64,000 nucleotides of DNA from Sodalis sp. (in: enterobacteria). Lineage in GTDB: Bacteria; Pseudomonadota; Gammaproteobacteria; Enterobacterales; Enterobacteriaceae. Below the pieces are notes generated by a model. It saw only the letters and a program-made list of their open reading frames with translations, searched no databases and was not told the origin of the DNA. Every line of letters starts with the position of its first letter. Position 1 is the first letter of the stretch. The translations under genes were made by a program, and so were the position numbers. The DNA lies in assembly GCF_051710625.1 (NCBI RefSeq), contig NZ_JBPESN010000001.1:2946-66945 (forward strand), read 5' to 3'. Below are positions 33,685 through 45,385 of the stretch, piece by piece.

Positions 33685-34842
33685 ATGGCAACCTATCATC
33701 TTGATGCCAGGCTGGCGCAGGAAATCGTAGTAAGAACCATGCAGATTATCGACAGTAACATTAACGTGATGGACGCCCGCGGCCGGATTATCGGCAGCGG
33801 CGATCGAGAGCGTATCGGCGAGCTGCATGAAGGGGCGCTGCTGGCGCTGTCCCAGGCGCAGGTGGTGGATATTTGACGATGGTGTGGCCAAGCACCTCCA
33901 TGGCGTGCGCTTCGGCATCAATCTGCCGCTGAAAATCGACGGTAATATCGTCGGCGTTATCGGGTTAACCGGTAATCCCGGCCAGCTGCGTCAATATAAC
34001 GAACTGGTGTGCATGACCACCGAGATGATGCTGGAGCAGGCGCGATTGCTGCATATGCTGGCGCAGGACAGCCGGCTGCGCGAGGAACTGGTGCTGAATC
34101 TTATCCGCGCCGAAGAGGTGACGCCGGCGCTCACCGAATGGGCGCAGCGCCTGAAGATCGATATTCATCAGCCGCGCGTGGCGACGGTGGTGGAGGTGGA
34201 CAGCGGGCAGTTCGGCGTTGATAGCACCATGGCCAAACTGCAGCAATTGCAAATCCTTTTGACCACGCCGGAGCGGGACAATCTTATCGCTATTGTCTCC
34301 CTGACCGAAATGGGTGGTATTGAAGCCGGCGCTTAACAGCCATGGCAGCTGGGATGCCGAGAAGCACCGGCGCCGGGTGGACAGTCTGTTTTCGCGCATG
34401 ACAGAAAGCAGCTGCCTGCAGGTAGGTATCGCGTTGGGGAACTTCTTTACCGGACCCGGCGGCATTGCCCGTTCCTGGCGTCCCGCCTGTACAACCATGG
34501 GGGTAGGCAAGCGCTGAACAGTGATGAGCGGCGCTACTTTTATCCCGATTTGATGCTGCCGGTACTGTTGGACAGCTTACGCGGCGGATGGCAAGCCAAT
34601 GAACTGGTGCGGCCACTGGTAAAACTCAAAGCGATGGACAGTAACGGCCTGCTGCGGCGTCCCCTTATCGCCTGGTTTCGCCATATGTGCAGCCGACGCC
34701 CACCTCGCGTGCGCTGTTTATTCACCGCAACACCCTGGAATACCGTTTGAACCGCATTTCCGAAATGACCGGCCTGGATCTGGCCAACTTTGATGATCGT
34801 CTGCTGCTGTATGTGGCGCTGCAACTGGACGATAATGTCTGA
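33685..34842 (+). pseudogene. cdaR: Carbohydrate diacid regulator, multiply frameshifted
   Basis: MATYHLDARLAQEIVVRTMQIIDSNINVMDARGRIIGSGDRERIGELHEGALL is near-identical to the E. coli CdaR N-terminus. The gene is split over at least 4 frames, ending LLLYVALQLDD. Confidence 0.85.
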
Positions 34843-35072
34843 GGCGGCGGGGCGGCCCGTTATGCCGGCGCAGGGGGACTGATCTTGCCCGGCGTGCGGC
34901 GAACCGGGCAGCGCAGGCGTTGTCGGGCTTGCCGCCGTCGGTCACCACCCGCGGCAGCGAAAGCCTGAGCGTATTGCGCTGGATCCTATTCGGCCAAGGC
35001 CGGAGGCGATAGATGCGCCGCCAAGGGACGCGCCATTAAAAAACGCGCCGATGAGGGCGCGTCCCCCTGTTC

Positions 35073-35552
35073 TCAGGCCGCGAGAGGTTTAAGTTCGAGC
35101 CGTTGGATCTTGCCGACAATGAACAGATAACTAACGATGACCATCAAGCCGTTGGCAGCGACATAAATCAGCGCTCCGTCAAAGGAGCCGGTGCGCTGCA
35201 AGATGTATCCAATCACGATGGGGGTGGTAATCGCGCCGATTTGCGTCACCAGATTCAACACGCCGCCGCTAAGACCGACAATCTGTTTTGGTGCGCTGTC
35301 GGCGTTCACCGTCCAGCCTAAAGCGCCGACGCCTTTGCTGAAGAACGCCAGACTCATTGCCGCCACCACCACCACACCGGAGGTGGTGTAGTTACAGATG
35401 ACCATGCTGGTGCATAACAGCATCTCGACGATAATCGGCGTTTTACGCGCCACCGACAGGGAGTAGCCCCAATTAAGCAGATAGTCGGAGAACAACCTTG
35501 CCCAGCACCCCGGCGATGCAGCCGCAAAGTCTGCCTCAAGAATCGACATCCC
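35073..35552 (-). pseudogene. C-terminal ~175 codons of a GarP/GudP-like (galactarate/glucarate) ACS-family MFS transporter, cut by the prophage-2 left end
   Basis: GMSILEA.F....SDYLL..GYSL..ARK.PI......S..ICNYT...GALGW.V..D.APK.IVGL.GGV.N......I.TP.VIGY aligns with E. coli GarP residues ~270-444. One frameshift lies near its 5' edge. Confidence 0.75.
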
Positions 35553-35710
35553 TGTGGGGTGGCAATCATTTCTGGACTCTTAAGTTAAACGATGGATTAG
35601 CCGAAAGCTCTTTAATAGCGCGGCTTACAGAGATTTTACAGATTCTGGACTCGTCGCAAAAAAATGGACAAAAAGTGATTTTTTTTGCACTAAATTCTAG
35701 ACTCGAATGA
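35553..35710 (+). repeat. Mu-type left end with three TTCT(G/A)GACTC repeats
   Basis: Repeats at 35570-35579, 35643-35652 and 35694-35703. The 51 bp at 35653-35703 are absent from prophage 1. Confidence 0.6.
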
Positions 35711-35841
35711 CTGTAGTTTGAGCAGATTTAAAGGTAGTTTAAACGCCTTTTGGGCATCCATTAGATATATGTAACTTAGGCTAAAAATATTAGTAAACCA
35801 TAAAAATAATGAAATGAGATAGATAATGGCCTAATCTTTAT

Positions 35842-36120
35842 TTAGGCCGCTCCACTTTTCTTACAGTTTAAGCTTGCCACATCTTTTACTGCACACTCTT
35901 CAGATACCGCCCCCTTTTTAGCTTCGTGTAGGGCTATCAGACGTTCTTTTCCTTCTTTTTGAAGTTGGAATAACAGGCTATCTAAGTCATCTTTACCTCC
36001 TGATAACGCCAATACACCCTTTGCCCCTTCTTGCAAAAGCAGGCTTATTAATGCCTTTAAATCTTTTTTATTCAGAGACCTATAAATCATATGCCAAGTA
36101 GCTTCTAAAGGATCCTCCAT
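35842..36120 (-). CDS. Hypothetical 92-aa protein between the Mu left end and the repressor (moron-like)
   Basis: Intact ORF, AT-rich, same strand as the repressor with 21 nt between them. I recognise no family. Confidence 0.5.
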   Translation of the reverse strand: MEDPLEATWHMIYRSLNKKDLKALISLLLQEGAKGVLALSGGKDDLDSLLFQLQKEGKERLIALHEAKKGAVSEECAVKDVASLNCKKSGAA

Positions 36121-36141
36121 TAGGCTTTCCTCGTTAATCGA

Positions 36142-36420
36142 CTAAATCTCGCTAGTTGAGGCCACTTCGTTTTGAGTGCATGATGAACCAAATGCAAGCC
36201 AGTCCAGGCTGACGTGTTCCTTATATGCAATGCCTTGCACCACTGTAAAAGATGGTTCTGTACCTCTAGTTAAATAGTTGTGCAATCTTGAGAAGGATAA
36301 CCCCCATTTAGTTGCAGCAGCTCTGGCACTTTTATTGCCTGTAAGTTGTTTAAGGCGTGCGACAAAATTTTCTTTTCCATCCATACCAAAAGCAAAATTA
36401 CTTGTTTTATTTTTTTTCAT
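36142..36420 (-). CDS. Prophage repressor-like HTH protein (copy 2)
   Basis: 92 aa, differing from 3965-4243 at a handful of residues. Confidence 0.65.
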   Translation of the reverse strand: MKKNKTSNFAFGMDGKENFVARLKQLTGNKSARAAATKWGLSFSRLHNYLTRGTEPSFTVVQGIAYKEHVSLDWLAFGSSCTQNEVASTSEI

Positions 36421-36590
36421 TTCTCTATAACTTATTGATTATAGTTAATAAAATATAAAAATATTTCTCATATGGGGCGATCAGAAAAGAAAATTCATTA
36501 TTTACTTTACTTGTCTTAAGTTTGAGATGTCATTGCTGTATGGGTAAGCCCCATGACTTACCCGCATAATTAACTTTTTAGGGTAATCGA

Positions 36591-36827
36591 ATGATAGATA
36601 GAAATGAAGTTAATCATCGTGACTGGTACCGGATTGATATCCTGGCCTCCCTGCACAAGAAGGGGATCACCATGCAAGATCTCTCCCGCGGCTCGGGGCT
36701 GGCGTCCAGCACGTTAAAAAACGCGCTGTATCGTCCTTATCCCAAAGGTGAACGCATTATCGCTAATGCACTCAATGTGGATCCGGCCAGCATTTGGCCG
36801 AGTCGTTATACGAGCAAGGTGTCGTAA
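36591..36827 (+). CDS. ner: Ner-like DNA-binding protein (copy 2)
   Basis: ATG start. Has the same Ner/Nlp signature as 4438-4656. Confidence 0.85.
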   Translation: MIDRNEVNHRDWYRIDILASLHKKGITMQDLSRGSGLASSTLKNALYRPYPKGERIIANALNVDPASIWPSRYTSKVS

Positions 36828-36829
36828 TT

Positions 36830-38361
36830 ATGTTTGTTACGGTGAGTGAGTTAGCCGATTTACCTAGATTGCCTGGCACCTTGCAGGGACTTCGCTGGTC
36901 ATTGAATAAGTGGACTGCAAATTCACCCGATTTAGTCCGTAAGTGTTCAGGCACCAAGGCTTTCGAGTACCACATCGATTGTTTGCCGGAACAAACACGC
37001 GAGATCATCAAACAACGGCACTATAAATCCCTGATTGCGAAATCAGCGGCCCAGCCGGTTGATGAGTCAGTCAAGCACAGTACCGCCATCAAGCCGCGCG
37101 ATGAGCTGGCGATCATGCGTCAATGTCCGGCCCTGCTCGAGCGCAAGGTGCAGGCTCTGAACGATCAGCAGAAGCAGATTGCCGATGCGCACATGATGCT
37201 GGCACAGGAAGTGGCCCGGTTACAGCAGGACGGCATGACCCGCATTGCGGCGGTGACCTTTATCGTCGATGAGTCAAAGGCCGGCACATTGCCCGAGGCC
37301 CTGCAGCGCGCCGCCACGCTGGCTAACGCCAAAAAGGGCCGCACCCCCGGCAAGGGGTGGGCAAAAGCAGCCTACAGGAATGGGTGAGTCTCTATCTCAG
37401 CGCTGAGCGGCCCCAGGAGCGTCTGGCGATACTGGCTGCTCCCGGGAAGCTGAAGAAGCAGCGCCCCGAGGACATGACGTGGTTCTACACCCTGTTCTGG
37501 CCGCATTATGCCCGACCCTGTGGCCCGACGGTGCTGGAAGCCTACCGCGCATTTCAGGCGGACTGGCAGAGTAAATACCATGACCAGCCTGCCAGGCTGG
37601 CGGCTCCGCCGACCTACGACAAGGTCAATAGCATGGTCAAGCGTGTTGCGCCCAACCGAAGGGTCAAGGGCCGGGTCACCGGCTCGGCGCTTAAGGCGTA
37701 TCAGGTGTATCAGCAGCAGGATTGGGCGCAGATGCTGGTAAATGGCTGCTGGATAGCCGACGGCAAGTCGCTAAACATGAAAGTGGCGCATCCGATACAC
37801 GGGCAACCTTTTACCCCGGAGCTGACTTTGGTGCTCGACGGGCGTACCCGCTATCTCGTGGGCTGGCGCCTGTCACTGGCAGAAAACGCTATCGCAGTAG
37901 CGGATGCGTGGCGTTATGGCATCCAGCACCACGGCAAGCCGCTGTTTGCCTACTCCGATAACGGCGGCGGTGAGACCAACAAGATGCTAGATGAGGATAT
38001 CACCGAGATTTTCCCCGGCTGGGTATTGAGCATATTACCGGTATCCCCAGTAACCCGCAGGCGCGGGGCATTATCGAGCGGTTGAACGGCGTGCTGCCAC
38101 GCAGGCTGGCCCTGCGCTTTCAGACCTATAACGGACTAAGCACTGACCCCAATGGGGCGCGGGTGCAGGGGCAAAAACTGCTGAGTCTGTCGAATGCCTT
38201 ACGTCAGGGGAAGGAGCTGAACGCCACGCAGCAAAAGACGCTGGCGATATTGCCCAGCTGGCGGCAGCTGATAGCCGCTATCGAGGAGGAGGTGCAGCGC
38301 TTATAACCACAGCCACGAGCACAGCGCGCTACCCAAGGTCAACGGTAAATCAATAACGCCG
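36830..38361 (+). pseudogene. MuA-like transposase, frameshifted and 3'-truncated
   Basis: Frames at 36830-37387, 37357-38085 and 38082-38306. It retains the ~27 codons deleted in copy 1. Homology to copy 1 stops at 38361. Confidence 0.85.
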
Positions 38362-38859
38362 CCCTGCTGGCACGCCTGCTGGAAGTGATACGCCGCCCGC
38401 CGGCGGGCGGCAATCAATACGATTACCATCGCTGGGCGGTGTCCCTGCCCGGCGTCACCGAAGCCCATGGCTACCCGCTGCGCCGGGGCTACGGTACGGT
38501 GGATGTGGTGATAGTCACCCATAACGACCTGCCGTCGCCGGAGACGCTTAAGGCGGTGCAGCGCTACCTTGACGAGATGCGCCCGATCACCGCGAAAAAC
38601 TGTCTGGTACTGGCCCCGAGGTGGTGAAAGCCGGTATCACGGCCCAGGTTAGCCTGAGCAATCTGACGCTGGAGGCCGCGCGCAAACAGATTACGACCGC
38701 GCTCAGTGACTATGTTAACCGCCTGTGACCCCCGGTGAGGTGGCGGTCAGAACCCAGCTGGGGGCGCTGATATCCGATGTGGTCGGCGTGGTGGACTACC
38801 AGTTGCTTGCCCCCAGCGCCAATGTAGTGCCGGTGGTGAACAAGCAGACCGTGCAGTGA
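38362..38859 (+). pseudogene. Baseplate J (Mu gp47-like), C-terminal part, frameshifted
   Basis: RRPPAGGNQYDYHRWAVSLPGVTEAHGYPLRRGYGTVDVVIVTH...MRPITAKNCLVLAP is typical of baseplate J proteins. Confidence 0.6.
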
Positions 38860-38894
38860 ATACACGCAGGCACCATCACAGTGGAGAAAATGCC

Positions 38895-39484
38895 ATGAAC
38901 AGCCGCGATTACGCGCAGCTGCTCAGTGCCCTGCTGCCACCGAAAAGCTATGCGCTGACCCGGTAAGCGACTCGGTGTCGAACTGCAGGCCGAGGGGAAA
39001 AGCCTGGCACAGCTGGAAATCCGCGCCGGCGAAGTGTCTGACGGGTATCACGCCCTTTCTGGCAGTCGGGCTGCTGGTCGACTGGGAGCGGATGTTGGGA
39101 ATTTCCTCCGACAGCAGTACGACGCTACAGCAGTGTCGCCAGCAGGTACTGGCCAAGATTAACGCCACTGGTGGCTTGAGCCGGCAATACTTTATCAGCT
39201 TGGCCAAATCGCTGGGTTACCGCGTCACCATCGACGAGCCGGAGCCGTTCCGCGACGGCATTGGCCGGGCCGGCGAGCGTATCTGGGTGCCGGAGATTAT
39301 CTGGCTGTGGATAGTCAATATTGATAACGCACAGGTGCCGGTCTACCGCTTCCGCCCCGGTAGCTCGGTGGCCGGGGAAAAGCTGCTGACCTTTGGGCAG
39401 AACCTGATTGAAGGGCTGTTTAAGGACCTGAAACCCGCGCACACCCAGGTGGTGTTTAACTACAGGGAGAAAACGCGCCCATGA
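38895..39484 (+). pseudogene. Mu gp48 / P2 gpI-like tail protein (DUF2313), frameshifted near 38960
   Basis: MNSRDYAQLLSALLPPKSYAL..., then ...GITPFLAVGLLVDWERMLGI... in ORF 38975-39484. Confidence 0.6.
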
Positions 39485-40182
39485 AGGATATTATCGCGCC
39501 GATTGACAGCGAGGACGGGCTGTTTCATGACGGCGACCCGGCCGGCGGCGTCAAGGGGACCGTGGTCTACGCCCGGGAACTGAACGCCATGCAGGGGGCG
39601 GTCATCGATACCCAGACCGAGCAGAAAAATATTCTGGCGGCCGCCGGAATGCAGCCCAACCCGGCGTAACATAACCAGCTGGCCGAGGCCATCAAGGGGT
39701 TGATTGCGCAAGCCCGGCAGGAGAATGAAAAACGCAGCCTGCTCAGGAAAAACAACGGCGCGGATATCTTGGATAAAGCGGCGTTCGTGGCCAATCTGGG
39801 GTTAAAAAATACCGTTGAACAGGCACAAAACGCACTGGACAAACGTGCCGGTGGCACGGTTAACGGCAGTCTGCAGATCACCCATTCGGTCAATGTCGGC
39901 GACAGCGATTCAGGGCTGATTGCCAATGGCAAAGGCAGCGTGGCGCTGTACGCCAACAACGTCAAAACCGGCGAATGGAATACCCAGCGCTTGCATTGGG
40001 TACAAGACCTTGAAGTGGGTGGAAAACTGACCGCCAGTGGCGGAGCAACCGTTGGCAAAGCCGTCTCGCTATCCGGTGGCGGCTATCTCACGGATATTCC
40101 GCATTTTTATGGCCGGGGCAAAGCGGCAACGATACACGTTCAGGTGAATGCCGCTATTACCCTTATCCAGGCAATCCCATGA
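39481..40182 (+). pseudogene. Tail fibre protein with a single in-frame TAA (39667-39669)
   Basis: ORFs 39481-39669 and 39700-40182 are in the same frame and read through as one fibre-like sequence. Confidence 0.6.
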
Positions 40183-40709
40183 GCACGGAATTTTACGGTG
40201 CCGATGTGGTGAGCAGTCATTATGAACATCGCCTTATTATTAATCGCGGTGGCGGTAACATTAAGTGGTTCGTTTTTGAGTATGACGGTAGCGCTTATGC
40301 CATGCAGGGGCACTGGCAAAATAACTCGGACCGGCGGATAAAAAGCGATATTGCGAAAATAGAAAATGGCCTTGCAAAAGTCGAAACGCTGACGGGCTAC
40401 ACGTATGTCCTTGCCGAACATCGTCAGGCGGGTGTGATAACCGATGAGCTGGAAAAGGTCCTGCCTGAGGCAGTAGGTAATTCGGGGGACTACCACGAGA
40501 GTGATGGCACGGCTGTCAAGAATGTAAAAGCCGTCGCCTACGGTAGTATCACTGCGTTGCTGATTGAAGCAATAAAAAACCTGTCCGCGAAAGTGAAAGC
40601 GCAGCAGGCAGAGATTGAGGTACTGAAAAGCGTAATGCGCTCAGCGCTGGACGTGGCCGAATCACCGGCACAGACTCAGAATATGGATAATGACGGGGAG
40701 ACACCCTAA
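40179..40709 (+). CDS. Tail-fibre C-terminal region with an intramolecular chaperone (Peptidase_S74-like) domain
   Basis: NSDRRIKSDIAKIENGLAKVETLTGYTY......GVI..ELEKVLPEAV...AVAYGSITALLIEAIKNLSAKV is the S74 autoprocessing-domain pattern. It was probably once fused to 39481-40182. Confidence 0.6.
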   Translation: MSTEFYGADVVSSHYEHRLIINRGGGNIKWFVFEYDGSAYAMQGHWQNNSDRRIKSDIAKIENGLAKVETLTGYTYVLAEHRQAGVITDELEKVLPEAVGNSGDYHESDGTAVKNVKAVAYGSITALLIEAIKNLSAKVKAQQAEIEVLKSVMRSALDVAESPAQTQNMDNDGETP

Positions 40710-40732
40710 ATGAAAGAGATTATTTCGTCAAT

Positions 40733-41988
<1,256 letters not shown>

Positions 41989-41998
41989 GTTTTTTTAT

Positions 41999-42074
<76 letters not shown>

Positions 42075-42108
42075 GTACTACGGATGCCGCCTCTGGTGGA
42101 CGAGGCGA

Positions 42109-42137
42109 ATGATATGAATTCCAACAAACTCTGTCAA
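42109..42137 (-). promoter_or_regulatory. Sigma-70 promoter for tRNA-Ala (TTGACA-17-TATCAT plus GC-rich discriminator)
   Basis: Read on the minus strand: TTGACAGAGTTTGTTGGAATTCATATCATTCGCCTCG, about 30 nt upstream of the tRNA. Confidence 0.55.
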
Positions 42138-42182
42138 CGGCTAAATTCACCAAACGGGTTAAACGCTGAAAAAGTCGGCAAA

Positions 42183-43610
42183 TCAGTGCTGACCCGCGCT
42201 TTCCTGCGCCCGACGGGCGATAAAGTCCAACGCCTTAACGATGCGCGCTAAACAGCGCGACTGGCCTATGGCATGCACGGTGACGTCAAGGCCGGGAGAC
42301 TGGCCGGCGCCAGTAACCGCAACGCGCAGCGGCATACCGACTTTACCCATGCCGACCTGTAGCGCCTCGGCCGTTTGCTCAATAGCCGCATGTACTGTGG
42401 CCGGCGTCCATTCACTGAGCGCCGCCAGATTGGCGCGTACCGCCTTCAGCGCCGAGACCGCCATCGGGCGCAAATGCTTCTTGGCCGCGTCGGCATCGAA
42501 TTCGCTGAAATCCTCGTAGAAGTAGCGGCAGCTGATTACTATCTCTTTCAGCGTCTTGCAGCGCTCGCCCAGCAGCTTCACCAGCGCCGCCAGCCGCGGG
42601 CCGGTGCGGGTATCAATTCCCTGCTGCTCGATATGCCAGACCAGATGTGTCGCGACGTAGTCGGCCGGCAGGTTATTAATATAATGACGATTCAGCCACA
42701 GTAGCTTTTCGGTGTTGAAGGCGCTGGCGGACTTGCTCACCGCCTCAAGGCTGAAGAACTGTTTCATTTCGTCGACGCTGAAAATCTCCTGATCGCCGTG
42801 GGACCATCCCAGGCGCACCAAATAGTTCAGCACCGCTTCCGGCAAAAAACCGTCATCGCGGTATTGCATGACCCCTACCGCGCCATGGCGTTTGGAGAGT
42901 TTTTTGCCATCATCGCCCAGAATCATCGAGACATGGGCATAAACCGGCACCGGCGCGCCCAGCGCCTTGAGGATATTGATTTGGCGCGGCGTATTATTGA
43001 TATGGTCTTCCCCGCGGATAACGTGGGTTATCGCCATATCAAAATCGTCGACCACCACGCAGAAATTGTAGGTCGGCGACCCGTCGGTGCGGCGGATGAT
43101 GAGATCATCCAGCTCCTGATTGCTAGATTCGATAGGTCCACGGATGAGGTCATTAAACACCACCGAGCCGTCCTGCGGGTTGCGAAAACGCACCACGCAG
43201 GGTTCATCATCGGCATGATGCTCATGGCTGTCGCGGCAGCGGCCGTCGTAGCGCGGTTTTTCGCCCCGGGCCATCTGCGCTTCGCGCAACGTTTCCAGCC
43301 GCTCTTTAGCGCAATAACAGTGATAGGCGGTGCCCTTGGACAGCATATCGTCAATGACCGCGTTATAGCGGTCGAAACGTCTAGTCTGAAAATAGGGGCC
43401 TTCGTCCCAGTCCAGGTTGAGCCAGTTCATACCCTCCATAATGGCGTCAATCGCCTGCTGCTTTGAGCGCTCAAGATCGGTGTCTTCTATGCGCAGCACA
43501 AACTCCCCACCCAGATGACGGGCGAACAGCCACGAATAGAGCGCGGTGCGCGCGCCACCGACATGTAAATAGCCGGTGGGACTGGGCGCGAAACGGGTTT
43601 TAATTTTCAT
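42183..43610 (-). CDS. gltX: Glutamate--tRNA ligase
   Basis: 475 aa, colinear with E. coli GltX, with the HVGG (HIGH-type) motif and KLSKR. Looks intact. Confidence 0.95.
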   Translation of the reverse strand: MKIKTRFAPSPTGYLHVGGARTALYSWLFARHLGGEFVLRIEDTDLERSKQQAIDAIMEGMNWLNLDWDEGPYFQTRRFDRYNAVIDDMLSKGTAYHCYCAKERLETLREAQMARGEKPRYDGRCRDSHEHHADDEPCVVRFRNPQDGSVVFNDLIRGPIESSNQELDDLIIRRTDGSPTYNFCVVVDDFDMAITHVIRGEDHINNTPRQINILKALGAPVPVYAHVSMILGDDGKKLSKRHGAVGVMQYRDDGFLPEAVLNYLVRLGWSHGDQEIFSVDEMKQFFSLEAVSKSASAFNTEKLLWLNRHYINNLPADYVATHLVWHIEQQGIDTRTGPRLAALVKLLGERCKTLKEIVISCRYFYEDFSEFDADAAKKHLRPMAVSALKAVRANLAALSEWTPATVHAAIEQTAEALQVGMGKVGMPLRVAVTGAGQSPGLDVTVHAIGQSRCLARIVKALDFIARRAQESAGQH

Positions 43611-43811
43611 CAGCTACATTGCCTTCATTACGCAGGGCGAACAGCCGGAATGGCGTTTCCGCCCCACAATAAAAAGTGGGGAATAGTCTACCACTTGAGG
43701 GCGAATCCTCAACGCCTGTCCACATCCGGCAGGTTTTTTTGCTCAGACCGGGGTAAAACCGCCCGGGATGGCTAAATTTAATACGAACACGCAAATTCAC
43801 GGGAAAAATCG

Positions 43812-43839
43812 TTGACTCATTTCGGCGGTTCCCTATAAT
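43812..43839 (+). promoter_or_regulatory. Sigma-70 promoter for tRNA-Val (TTGACT-16-TATAAT plus GC-rich discriminator)
   Basis: TTGACTCATTTCGGCGGTTCCCTATAATGCGACCCC, 18 nt upstream of the tRNA. Confidence 0.6.
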
Positions 43840-43856
43840 GCGACCCCACACAGCGG

Positions 43857-43932
43857 GGGTGATTAGCTCAGCTGGGAGAGCACCTCCCTTACAAGGAGGG
43901 GGTCGGCGGTTCGATCCCGTCATCACCCACCA
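43857..43932 (+). tRNA. valU: tRNA-Val (anticodon UAC)
   Basis: GGGTGATTAGCTCAGCTGGGAGAGCACCTCCCTTACAAGGAGGGGGTCGGCGGTTCGATCCCGTCATCACCCACCA matches E. coli tRNA-Val(UAC) as I remember it. Confidence 0.95.
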
Positions 43933-43936
43933 CGAT

Positions 43937-45187
<1,251 letters not shown>

Positions 45188-45385
45188 TTCCCAGCCGGTG
45201 GCAAGCGCTAAACGCAAAATAAGTGTTAACTGGTAAAATTTGCAGCAGCCGTAACAGGATGTTGGTAGTTAACGCGGGAAGGTGTCAGGGACAGGTTTTA
45301 CCCTGAAGACCGGTTACAGGGGGGGCAACATGCCATACCCAAACTGCGCGGGCCGGGGTAATCGTCCCGGCCCGCCGCCGCGGGT

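Larger units (their letters stand above)
35553..40732 (+). mobile_element. Mu-like prophage 2: left arm plus baseplate/tail-fibre remnant, with a large internal deletion, truncated on the right by an IS
   Basis: The left arm (35553-38361) is near-identical to 3426-6110. MuA is joined directly to mid-gp47 at an ACGCCG microhomology (38356-38361). Confidence 0.85.
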
